Shown in pieces: positions 23,923 through 33,400 of a stretch of 56,374 nt of DNA (positions within the stretch are counted from its first letter, which is position 1; every line of letters starts with the position of its first letter). Under the pieces are notes generated by a model. It was not told where the DNA came from. It was given only the letters and a program-made list of their open reading frames with translations, and made no database searches. The translations under genes were made by a program, and so were the position numbers. The stretch is from a virus, in the IMG/VR virus record IMGVR_UViG_3300045988_058758, positions 1 to 56,374 of that record; one strand, 5' to 3'.

Positions 23923-24405
23923 ATGGCAAGTACAAGTTATAAAGCTAGGGTTATCTACAAGGAGCATAGCGAAGATGGTTTTGCAGGCTCATACAAGTTA
24001 ATGGTTGCGGCTAAGTCGATTTCAGCACCAGTATCAGCACCTAACACAGTTGAAAGTACAACATTTGAAGATGATTCACAGACATTCTTAATGGGTATCA
24101 AAACATCTGACGCTAAGACTTACACAGGAAACCTTGAAAAGGCTTATTTGCAGGACTTAATCAAAGCAGAGGGTAAGCAGTTAGATATTATTCAGTTATA
24201 TGGTTCTGACGGATTAGGTGCGGTTGCTAAGTACGCATTTGTCGGGCAGGTAACAGCAACGCCTAATGATGTTTCTGGTACTGATTCGGTACTTGAAATG
24301 ACAGTAACAGCAGTTCCTAATACTTCACCTATCGAATGCACAGACAAGCTTCAAGTTGTCGAGGGTGCTGGTGGCACATTCACAGTAACAAAGGTGGGGG
24401 AATAA
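23923..24405 (+). CDS. Major tail protein
   Basis: 160 aa, strong RBS, immediately before the chaperone and tape-measure genes. Confidence 0.65.
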   Translation: MASTSYKARVIYKEHSEDGFAGSYKLMVAAKSISAPVSAPNTVESTTFEDDSQTFLMGIKTSDAKTYTGNLEKAYLQDLIKAEGKQLDIIQLYGSDGLGAVAKYAFVGQVTATPNDVSGTDSVLEMTVTAVPNTSPIECTDKLQVVEGAGGTFTVTKVGE

Positions 24406-24576
24406 TAAGCCAATCGACTAAATCAAAGGCTGTGTCGATTGGTGGCACAAACGCCAAAACAGCCGACTACACATCATATCTTGATGATGTAACAGAATGA
24501 TTATTTTAAAAGGTAGGTGCGGTGTAAAATCCGCACCTTTCCCTATATAGTGATAGGGTGGGAAAGGGTAAAAATT

Positions 24577-25065
24577 ATGATGAATATTAATGCAAATGGA
24601 AAAGAATACAAAGTTGAGTTCTCTTTTGGTGCGGCAGAGTGCAAAGAGATAGTGCAGAAAATGTTTTCTGTTGTCAATGGTTCTTACTTACTTGCGCGGA
24701 CAGATAAAAGTGTTGCACAGGCTTCCTTTGATGGATTAGCAAATATGACAGCAGATGTGCCAGAGATTTGCATTTTAGCCATTTATGCAGGCTGTATTGA
24801 CAATAACCCTGTAACTATGGATGAAGCAAAAGAACTCACTAGAGCATATATTACAGAAAAGAGAAAGACAGATAAGATTTACGGATATAGAACATTGTTT
24901 GAAGAAATAAAGAAAGCGATGGAAGATGATGGTTTTTTCGAGTTGAGCGGAATAACAGCGATGTTAGAGGAAATGGCGAACAATGTGGAAGAAGCAACGC
25001 AGGAGCAGAAGAAACCGACAGTAGTTCCACAGGACCACAAGAAAAAGCAGACTTCCACAAAATAA
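24577..25065 (+). CDS. Tail assembly chaperone (G-like)
   Basis: Position upstream of the tape measure; acidic C-terminus. Confidence 0.65.
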   Translation: MMNINANGKEYKVEFSFGAAECKEIVQKMFSVVNGSYLLARTDKSVAQASFDGLANMTADVPEICILAIYAGCIDNNPVTMDEAKELTRAYITEKRKTDKIYGYRTLFEEIKKAMEDDGFFELSGITAMLEEMANNVEEATQEQKKPTVVPQDHKKKQTSTK

Positions 25066-25424
25066 TCTGGGAAGAATACTTTGTCTTAGCCAGTTCACTA
25101 GGCGTTAGTTATTCGGACTTTTTAAAAATGACACCTACAAAATTATTACTATATGCAAAAGGCAAAAAAATTGATAGACAAAATCGAGACGCAGAAATGT
25201 ATAACTGGTTTTTAGTTTATGCAATTCCAGCTATTTCTTGCGGAATAGGTGCGGCATTTAATAAAGATGTACACATTGAATATCCTAAACAAGCTATTTT
25301 ATCAGAAAAAACAGAAGAAAGTGAAGAAGATACATACGATAAGGAGTTACAGCTGATGTTACTCAATGAGCAAAAATGGGCGGCACAGACTGAAAAGAAA
25401 GGACTACCACCAACAATCCTATAA
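24930..25424 (+). CDS. T-like segment of the tail chaperone, presumably expressed as a G-T fusion by -1 frameshifting
   Basis: Open -1 frame overlapping the end of G; the IIWEEYFVLASSLGVSYSDFLKMTP segment precedes the first ATG. Confidence 0.5.
   Translation, partial: WFFRVERNNSDVRGNGEQCGRSNAGAEETDSSSTGPQEKADFHKIIWEEYFVLASSLGVSYSDFLKMTPTKLLLYAKGKKIDRQNRDAEMYNWFLVYAIPAISCGIGAAFNKDVHIEYPKQAILSEKTEESEEDTYDKELQLMLLNEQKWAAQTEKKGLPPTIL
25039..25047 (+). promoter_or_regulatory. Candidate -1 frameshift site AAG-AAA-AAG near the end of the chaperone ORF (alternative: canonical T-TTT-TTC at 24933-24939)
   Basis: The -1 frame is open from 24930 to 25424 and has no plausible start before 25128. Confidence 0.45.
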
Positions 25425-25439
25425 AAAGGAGGTTAAATC

Positions 25440-28400
25440 GTGGAATTAGACAGTTTAGAAGTTAAAATTACCGGCACCGCCACTAAAGCTATTAATTCTG
25501 TTGATAAACTGATAAATCAGCTTACAAGGCTATCTACATCACTTGCGACTGTGAATGGCTCATCATTAAGCAACCTGGCAAACGGTGTTAGTCAGTTAAG
25601 TTCTGCTATGCAGAATATGAACGCAGGAACAGCAGATTTTACAAGACTTGCCAAGAATATCACAAAGATAGGTTCTGTTGATTCAGCCGCACTTGCTAAC
25701 ACAGCTACATCACTTGAAGCCGTTACGAAAGCAGTTGCAAGCATATCAGCTATTCCGCAAAATGCAACACAGGTTACAGAATTTGCAAAATCATTAGGTA
25801 AGCTAGGCAGTAAAAGTATAGAAAACGCCGTTGTAAACATTCCAAAGCTGGGTAATGCTTTAAATGGCTTAATGACAACGCTATCAAGAGCACCAACAGT
25901 AAGCCAGAATGTTATTCAAATGACTAACGCATTGGCTAATCTTGCTAGTCAAGGTAGCAAGGTGGGTACTTCTTCAAACTCGCTTCAAAAGTCGCTGTAT
26001 GGTGTTTCTACAAGTGCTAAAACGGCAACTAAAAGCAGTTGGAACTTAGCAAGTGCAATAGGTAAGTTTTATGCCACTTATTTTATAATAATTCGTGGCA
26101 GCAAGAAACTTGTAGAAGCTATTAAATCAACAACAGATTACATTGAAGCGTTTAACTATCAAGCGGTAGCATTTGGTAAAATCGGTTCTGAATGGGATAA
26201 GGATTACGAGAAGTACGGATATGATAACGCTACGGCATACGCAGAAAGCTTTCAGAACAGAGTTAATGATACTCTCGGAAAACTGTCCGGACTTAAGGTT
26301 AATGTTCAAGGTGGCTTACTTGAAGAAAGCGGAGCAAAAAACTTAGGACTTAACATACAAGAGATAACGCAGTATGCTTCACAGTTAGCTTCTGTTACTA
26401 ATTCATTAGGACAGACTGGTGAAGCGACAACGGCAATAACAAAGTCAATGACAATGCTTGCAGGCGATATAAGCTCGCTTTTTAATGTGGACTATTCAAC
26501 AGTAGCACAGAACTTACAAAGCGGCTTAATCGGTCAATCAAGGGCATTATACAAGTATGGTATTGATATTACCAATGCTACATTAGCGACATATGCTTAT
26601 AATTTAGGCATTTCTAAGTCTGTATCAGAAATGACGCAGATGGAAAAACAGCAATTAAGAGTATTGGCTATACTAGACCAATCAAAAGTATCGTGGGGGG
26701 ATTTAGCAAATACAATCAACTCGCCAAGTAACATGTTACGCCAGTTCAGCAACAATATGAAAGAAGTCGGAATGGTAGCAGGACAGCTGTTTATTCCAAT
26801 TCTTTCAAAGGTTATGCCAATAGTAAACGGAGTAACTATTGCAATCAAAAGATTATTAGTCAATCTTGCTTCTTTAATGGGCGTTAAGATTGACTTTGAG
26901 AGCTTCGGACAAAGTGGTTACAAAGATACTTCTGACGGATTAGAAGATATTTCAGACGGATACCAAAATGTAGCGGATTCTGCAAAGAAAGCTACATTAT
27001 CCCTTATGGGATTTGATGAAATAAATAAATTACAAGACGATACAAGCTCAAGCAAGGGTTCAAGCGGTGGCGGCGGTGGTAGTATTGACTTAACAGATGA
27101 TATTACTAAGGCGGCGGCAGAATATGAAGCGGCTTGGAATAAAGCATTTGCCAATATGGAAAATTCGGCTATTGCGTGGGCTGATAGGATTGATAAGGCA
27201 CTTGAGCCTGTTAAACAGATTTTTAAAGATTTTGCGGTTGGTGATTTCTTTAAGGCAGGGCAAGATACATCTAACCTTGTGGCAGGAATTTTTAATTGGT
27301 TTGCAGATGCAATAGATAAAGTCGATTGGTACGGAATTGGCAGAAAGATGGGTGACTTTTTAGCTGGTATCAACTGGACGGAAGTATTTTCAAGTGTAGG
27401 TCATTTCATATGGGAGGGCATAAAAGCAGCTATTGAGTTGTGGAGTGGCTCTTTCACGTCAGCACCTATTGAAACTACAATCATAACGGCACTTGGATTT
27501 ATGAAATTTAGTGGCTTAGGAAAGATTGTAGGTGGGAAAATATCTGACGCATTAAGTTGGAAAACAGTTAAGACAGGCTTAAAAACATTAGGCGGTAAAG
27601 GTGGTTTAGCAGAGGGAATAAACACAATGCTTACTACTGACTTATCTACCATAATGGGTGCTGGAACTGCCACAGAAATAGGCTTAACAATCGGCACAGG
27701 TATTATAGGCGGCATTGGTGCGGCTATTGGTGGATTTAGCTTAGGAAACAAGTTAAATGAAGCACTCACAGGCGAAAAGATAGACATGTCAATGTTTGAC
27801 CAATTAGCATATCTTATAAAAGCACCGTTTGAAGATTTGCCTAGCTTTATTGACGGAGTGATAGAAACTATCACATTCGGGCATAAAGATGATATATCAA
27901 AGTGGTGGACTACAAGCGTTGCACCATGGTTTACTAAGTCAAAATGGGGAGAGCTTGGCGATAATGCTAAAACTTCATTAAGCAATTCTTGGAGCAGTTT
28001 TTCAAGTTGGTGGGGCAATACAGCTATTGTAGGTTGGTGGAATAATAGCGTAGCACCATATTTTACAAGAGAAAAATGGAACAACTTAGGCAATAATATT
28101 GAAAACAGCTTATCTAATTCTTGGAATAGCTTTTCAAACTGGTGGGGCAATACAGCTATTGTAGGTTGGTGGAATAATCATGTTTCACCTTGGTTTACGG
28201 CAGATAAATGGCGTGATATGGCAAACGGAATAATGCAAGGACTTCAAAATACGTGGTATAGTGTTCTTAATTGGTGGGATAGTAAACCAGAACTTCACAG
28301 AATATCAGTTGCGATAGAAGATTTCTTTGGCTATATACGTGACTTGTGGTATAATTTAAAAGACTGGTGGGGCGACTTATCACTTAGATTTCCTCATATT

Positions 28401-28772
28401 AAAATGCCACATTTTAGCATTGAGGGCGAATTTAGTCTTATGCCTCCAGAAGTACCTCATATTGGTGTTGATTTTTATGCAAATGGTGGTTTCCCAAACA
28501 AAGGACAGCTGTTTGTTGCTAATGAAGTTGCACCCGAAATGGTTGGTACTATGGACGGAAGAACAGCAGTAGCCAACCAGCAGGAAATCACAACAGGTAT
28601 TGCCAACGCAGTTTATCCAGCGGTTTATAATGCGGTTGTGGCGGCTATGTCAGAAGCTAACAACAATGTAAACATAACATTACAAGGTGACGCAGATAAG
28701 CTGTTTACAATGGTGCAAGACAAAGCTAACAGTTATACAAATATGACAGGTCAAGCAGCTTTTCCATATTGA
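25440..28772 (+). CDS. Tape measure protein
   Basis: 1110 aa; GTG start with AAAGGAGG; helical/Gly-rich with W-rich repeats. Confidence 0.85.
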   Translation: MELDSLEVKITGTATKAINSVDKLINQLTRLSTSLATVNGSSLSNLANGVSQLSSAMQNMNAGTADFTRLAKNITKIGSVDSAALANTATSLEAVTKAVASISAIPQNATQVTEFAKSLGKLGSKSIENAVVNIPKLGNALNGLMTTLSRAPTVSQNVIQMTNALANLASQGSKVGTSSNSLQKSLYGVSTSAKTATKSSWNLASAIGKFYATYFIIIRGSKKLVEAIKSTTDYIEAFNYQAVAFGKIGSEWDKDYEKYGYDNATAYAESFQNRVNDTLGKLSGLKVNVQGGLLEESGAKNLGLNIQEITQYASQLASVTNSLGQTGEATTAITKSMTMLAGDISSLFNVDYSTVAQNLQSGLIGQSRALYKYGIDITNATLATYAYNLGISKSVSEMTQMEKQQLRVLAILDQSKVSWGDLANTINSPSNMLRQFSNNMKEVGMVAGQLFIPILSKVMPIVNGVTIAIKRLLVNLASLMGVKIDFESFGQSGYKDTSDGLEDISDGYQNVADSAKKATLSLMGFDEINKLQDDTSSSKGSSGGGGGSIDLTDDITKAAAEYEAAWNKAFANMENSAIAWADRIDKALEPVKQIFKDFAVGDFFKAGQDTSNLVAGIFNWFADAIDKVDWYGIGRKMGDFLAGINWTEVFSSVGHFIWEGIKAAIELWSGSFTSAPIETTIITALGFMKFSGLGKIVGGKISDALSWKTVKTGLKTLGGKGGLAEGINTMLTTDLSTIMGAGTATEIGLTIGTGIIGGIGAAIGGFSLGNKLNEALTGEKIDMSMFDQLAYLIKAPFEDLPSFIDGVIETITFGHKDDISKWWTTSVAPWFTKSKWGELGDNAKTSLSNSWSSFSSWWGNTAIVGWWNNSVAPYFTREKWNNLGNNIENSLSNSWNSFSNWWGNTAIVGWWNNHVSPWFTADKWRDMANGIMQGLQNTWYSVLNWWDSKPELHRISVAIEDFFGYIRDLWYNLKDWWGDLSLRFPHIKMPHFSIEGEFSLMPPEVPHIGVDFYANGGFPNKGQLFVANEVAPEMVGTMDGRTAVANQQEITTGIANAVYPAVYNAVVAAMSEANNNVNITLQGDADKLFTMVQDKANSYTNMTGQAAFPY
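27957..28220 (+). repeat. Tandem 132-nt (44-aa) duplication inside the tape measure gene
   Basis: Exact 38-nt repeat at 28009-28046 and 28141-28178. Confidence 0.85.
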
Positions 28773-28832
28773 TAAGATAAACGTATTGTGTTATCCTTTT
28801 GCTATATATAAAAAGCAAAGGGGTAATGCAAT

Positions 28833-29465
28833 ATGGCAGAAAAGAAAGCAAAGAAAAAAGACAGTAAGCTAAGCATAGCGGCGGCAGTAACAGCACTATT
28901 TATATTCACAATTCCAATAGGCTTTATATTGGCTATTGTGGACTTAATAAAAAGCAAAGGCGACAAGTCACAAAGGCACTTAGGCTCTTACTTTGCAATA
29001 GTATCATTCGTGCTATTTCTGATAGTTGCTTTTAGCAACGGAAGTGTTAACAGCAGTAACAATAATAGTAGTACTGTAAAGCAGTCTAGCACCACACAAC
29101 AAGATACAGATATAGCAAGATATGGCGATACAACACTTGAGTACCTTAAACACGAAACAATTACAGATAGCAATAATAGAGAGGTTGTTGTTGTCTATTT
29201 TGACTTTGCAAATAATTCAAAAGATAACGAGGCATTTGTTTACAACTACAATGTTACTTGCTTTCAGAATGGCAAGGAACTTGACTATCCATTAGTCAGT
29301 TTTGATGTTGACGAATACAACAATACGGCAAGAGAATTACAGACTGGCACTAATATTACAGTTGCCAAGATATATATATTAGAAGATAAAAGTGACGTTA
29401 ATTTAGAAGTAACCCCTTGGGGTTCAAACAAGAAGCTTCTAAATCTGACATTAAAAGTAGAATAA
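28833..29465 (+). CDS. Membrane protein with a DUF4352/DUF5067-like extracellular domain (moron)
   Basis: Two transmembrane helices, S/N/T linker, beta-rich C-terminal domain; own RBS; flanked by hairpins. Confidence 0.5.
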   Translation: MAEKKAKKKDSKLSIAAAVTALFIFTIPIGFILAIVDLIKSKGDKSQRHLGSYFAIVSFVLFLIVAFSNGSVNSSNNNSSTVKQSSTTQQDTDIARYGDTTLEYLKHETITDSNNREVVVVYFDFANNSKDNEAFVYNYNVTCFQNGKELDYPLVSFDVDEYNNTARELQTGTNITVAKIYILEDKSDVNLEVTPWGSNKKLLNLTLKVE

Positions 29466-29469
29466 AAAA

Positions 29470-29501
29470 ATCAGAACAAGTTGGGTAGACCTGTTCTGAT
29501 T
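29470..29501. terminator. Hairpin with an A7 run upstream and no downstream U-tract (would terminate minus-strand transcripts)
   Basis: ATCAGAACA/TGTTCTGAT stem. Confidence 0.45.
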
Positions 29502-29564
29502 AGCACGTATGAGTGAATGTAAATTAACTCATGCCAATAATAACAAATAAATAGCAAAATGACA

Positions 29565-29598
29565 AGGACATTTCACTTAATTGTGAGGTGTCCTTTTT
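29565..29598 (+). terminator. Rho-independent terminator
   Basis: AGGACA/TGTCCT stem followed by T5. Confidence 0.5.
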
Positions 29599-29631
29599 GT
29601 TACCCATTTTTAGGCAGAAAGGGGCGATTGA

Positions 29632-30003
29632 ATGATAAGTGCTGTAATTATCGAGGGAGTGACATTCCCAGTAGCTTACAACGGCTACACATACAGCAGA
29701 AACAAGATATGGTCTAAAAATACTGAAAGAAACGACTATGGAGAAATGGTAGGAACAATCGTAGCTATTAAAGACAAAGTAGAGCTTCAATTACCGCCAT
29801 TAACAGGTGAACAGGCGTTATTGCTTGATAATGTGATTAATGATGAAAATAACCCATTCCCAACAGCACAAGTCCTATTTTTAGGTGGTACTCAAAAAGA
29901 AATGACAATATACACAGGAGATGTGACATATCCGTATCTTACAAGGGCAAAAAATGAGGACGGACTTATAGTCGGAGCAAAATTAAGTTTAATTCAGAAA
30001 TAA
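29632..30003 (+). CDS. Tail-associated hypothetical protein
   Basis: Position; RBS AAAGGGG. Confidence 0.5.
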   Translation: MISAVIIEGVTFPVAYNGYTYSRNKIWSKNTERNDYGEMVGTIVAIKDKVELQLPPLTGEQALLLDNVINDENNPFPTAQVLFLGGTQKEMTIYTGDVTYPYLTRAKNEDGLIVGAKLSLIQK

Positions 30004-30016
30004 AGGAGAGTTCCAC

Positions 30017-30400
30017 ATGAAACTTAAAACAAGTGAGTTAATAGACAGATTCCAGAGCTTAAGCAACATATCACATGACGAGACCACAGGCAGAATTGCT
30101 ATGGCTATTATGTGCAATATCAAGGCGTTAGAAGAATTATATAAGGCAACATTACAGACCATAGAAGATACTAAGGTTAAGTATGCAGATAAGGACGACA
30201 GCGGTAATCCAGTTATCAACGATAATCAGTATCAGATTACATCAGAGAACTTAAAGAAGCTACAGGAAGAATTACAGGAAATCAATGAGCAAGAGATTGA
30301 AGTGCCTGACATGACAATGCTTCCTATGGACGCATTCGATAAATGCGAAGAAATTACACCAGCTAAATTATACTCAATTGAGTTTATGATAAGCCATTAA
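30017..30400 (+). CDS. Tail-associated hypothetical protein
   Basis: RBS AAAGGAG. Confidence 0.5.
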   Translation: MKLKTSELIDRFQSLSNISHDETTGRIAMAIMCNIKALEELYKATLQTIEDTKVKYADKDDSGNPVINDNQYQITSENLKKLQEELQEINEQEIEVPDMTMLPMDAFDKCEEITPAKLYSIEFMISH

Positions 30401-30423
30401 TTAATCAATAAAGGCGGTGTAGA

Positions 30424-33400
30424 ATGAAGATATTAGACACAGCTATAACGGAGATTGTTAAGGGGAATAGTGCAAGGTACTATTCCAAGTACATTGTCGA
30501 TGGAAAAGAATATACCAACACGCTTAACAAATTCAATTTCCAAAACATAACAAATCCTAATAACGAAATTACCATAGGTAACACTTGTGCAAGCAGTGTT
30601 ACCTTTTCTATTTATATGCCACAAGTAAGTCTCGAAAATAAAGAGATTACTATATATGAGGGCGTAAAAGTTAGTAACGAGATCAAGCATATTAAATTAG
30701 GAACATTTACAGTCAGCAAGCAGACAAGCAATGGAGAATACACGAGTTACGAAGCCTACGACAAAATGTATAAGGCTGACATGCCGTATTCGTCTGATTT
30801 GGTATTTCCTAGCACAGATAAAGCTATCCTCACTGAAATATGCGGTAAGCTAGGCATATCATTAGCAACAAATATAGTTACAGCGCACACTGTTAGCGAC
30901 AAGCCACAAGGTTATACAATGCGTGAAATTATCGGCTATATGGCTATGTTACAAGGCTGTAATGCGGTAATTAATGCTGATGGCAACCTTGAATTAAGGT
31001 GGTATAAGGATAGCGGATATGTACTTGACGGACATAAGTATTATCAACAAGGCGTTACCTTTACAACATCTAAGGATTTCATAATACAAAAACTGACATG
31101 CAATAATACGAAGTCAGGCGACAAGGAAACTAGCACGATTACCAGCGGTAGCGGTGCAACTGGACTTAGTTTCACTAACCCATTTATGACGCAAGCAGTC
31201 TTAGATGAAGTCCACAAAAAGATAGGCGGCTTTCAGTTTAGACCGCTTACAGTTAAGTTTGTCGGCGACTGGCGACTTGAACCGGGCGACATTATTACTG
31301 TTAATAAGGGCGGCGTTGATTACAAAGTGCCTATAATGCAGATAACCCACGAATGTGACGGCGGCTTAATGGATACTGTTACATCTATAGGGCAATCTGA
31401 CACAGAAAACAGCAATATCGCTAGCGGCCCGATAACAAAGCAAATGGAGCGTTACTACGCAAATTTATTAGTTGTTAATAAGGCGTTAATCAATAAGTTA
31501 GATGTAGATACAGCCAAGATTACTTATGCAACAATAACTAATCTTAACGCAACAAATGCGAATATTGACGCTCTCAAAGCAAATAAATTAGACGCTTCAT
31601 ATGCTGACATAATAAATGCTAATGTAGAAAGTCTCAAAGCAGCTAATGCTGAAATTACACAGTTAAAAGCCAATTCATTAACAGTAGATATAGCAGATTT
31701 AAAATACGCACAGATTGATTTTGCTAATGTCAAAGGGCAGGTTATAGGAACTTCTCTTATTAAAGACGGAGCAGTAACTAATGAGAAAGTACAAAACCTA
31801 TCCGCTAATAAGCTAACAGCAGGCACAATTGACGCAAGCAAGATTACAGTTACTAATCTTAACGCTGATAATATCACAGTAGGCACAATTAACGGAAAAC
31901 GCATTGGAACTGGTTCGTTATCACTGGATAAACTGTCAGAAGAAGTACCTACTAAAGAATACTTAGATAAAGTACAAGAAGAATTGCAAGGTCAGATTGA
32001 TGGCAATATCGAGACATTCACAAAGACAGAAATACCTACTCTTAATAATGAGCCAGCTGTTAATTGGACTGACAATGCCACAAGAAAGAAACATATAGGC
32101 GATATCTGTTATGTGGTTAATCCTACCTCAAGTGCAGATGGATATTCATACAGATTTGCCAATACCGGCACAGAACAAGCGCCTGTATATGAATGGGTGT
32201 TAATTAAGGATAGTGATGTTACTAAGGCGTTACAGGATATTATTAACATCAATGGTGAGATTACAGGTATTAAGAAGTTTAATGTTGAAATAAGCTCATG
32301 GAAAACTGATACAGACAGTGAATTATCAAGCCTTAAGACACGAACAACCAGCCTTGAAACTGATATGGGTAATAAGGTTGATACTACAACATTTAACAAG
32401 GTTAAGCAGACTGTTGATGAAAATAGTTCTACCATAACCAAAATGTCTGAAACACTTAGCAAAAAAGCTGACAGTGGCACAGTTACAACTTTAAGTAATA
32501 CTGTTAACAGTATTAAGCAGACAACAGATAGCAATACATCAAGTATTTCAAGCTTAACAACAACTGTCACAAAAGTTGAAAGTACAGCTAATAATGCAAG
32601 TAAAACAGCTAGTGAAGCTAAAACCGCAGCAAGCAAAGCAGAAACGGCAGCAAGCAATTCAGCTACAAATGCAAGTGCAGCTGTATCTACAGCTAACACA
32701 GCAAAGAGTACTGCTGACAGTGCGAAGTCAACAGCTACAGCTGCAAACAACACCGCTAATACAGCGAAGTCAACGGCTGATAGTGCATTATCTAAGGTCA
32801 ATACGCTTACAACTACTGTAACGAACCAAGGTTCAAGCATTACACAGCTTCAAGGTAGTATTACTAATAAGGTTTGGAAGCAGGACATAACTACTGCGGT
32901 TAATGATATTCAGATTGGTGGAACAAACTTAATTCGTAATAGTAATTTTTTTCAGAAGGATGCTTATTGGGCATATGATACAGGTACAGGTACAATTATA
33001 TCAGATAATAGTGTAATTGGTAATGTATTAGTTTTTAAACCTACTGGTGGTCACTTACGTGTTTTTGCAAATACTCGGAATGTATGGGTTGCTAATGAAA
33101 TCTATACTGTTTCGTTTTATGCTAAAGCTTCTGTTGCAAATACTACAATTACTCCAAGCCGTAGTATAGCTGATAGCGCAAGTGCAGTTACACTAACAAC
33201 TACGTGGAAAAGATATACTGGAACTATTCGCTCAACAGCAACGAGTGATTCAGGGTCACTTTCTTTTAGCGTTAATAATATAAATGCAACTTACTATATT
33301 GCAGCAGTAAAGCTGGAAAAAGGAAATAAGGCAACAGATTGGTCGCCAGCACCAGAAGATGTAGATAGTTCTATAAGTACTGTAGATAATAAGGTAACAA

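Noticed and set aside
24391-24497. -1 frameshift extension of the major tail protein at the GGGGG run before its double stop (would add IISQSTKSKAVSIGGTNAKTADYTSYLDDVTE)
   Set aside because: The open -1 frame is only about 32 codons past the stop, which is not improbable by chance. GTG-GGG-GAA is not a canonical slippery heptamer. Worth a look by mass spectrometry only.
24933-24939. T-TTT-TTC as the definitive G/GT slip site
   Set aside because: The heptamer is canonical. However, shifting here would translate about 40 codons that look like out-of-frame sequence while discarding a natural-looking G C-terminus. The A-rich site at 25039-25047 fits the usual geometry better. Both are reported.
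29524-29790. 88-aa minus-strand ORF, or its 27-aa hydrophobic tail (MGNKKDTSQLSEMSLSFCYLFVIIGMS) as a type I toxin-like peptide
   Set aside because: The long version overlaps the tail gene at 29632-30003 in antisense. The short version has no RBS and its coding region is itself the plus-strand terminator hairpin. A downstream minus-strand terminator (29501-29470) exists, so it was not dismissed outright, but support is insufficient.
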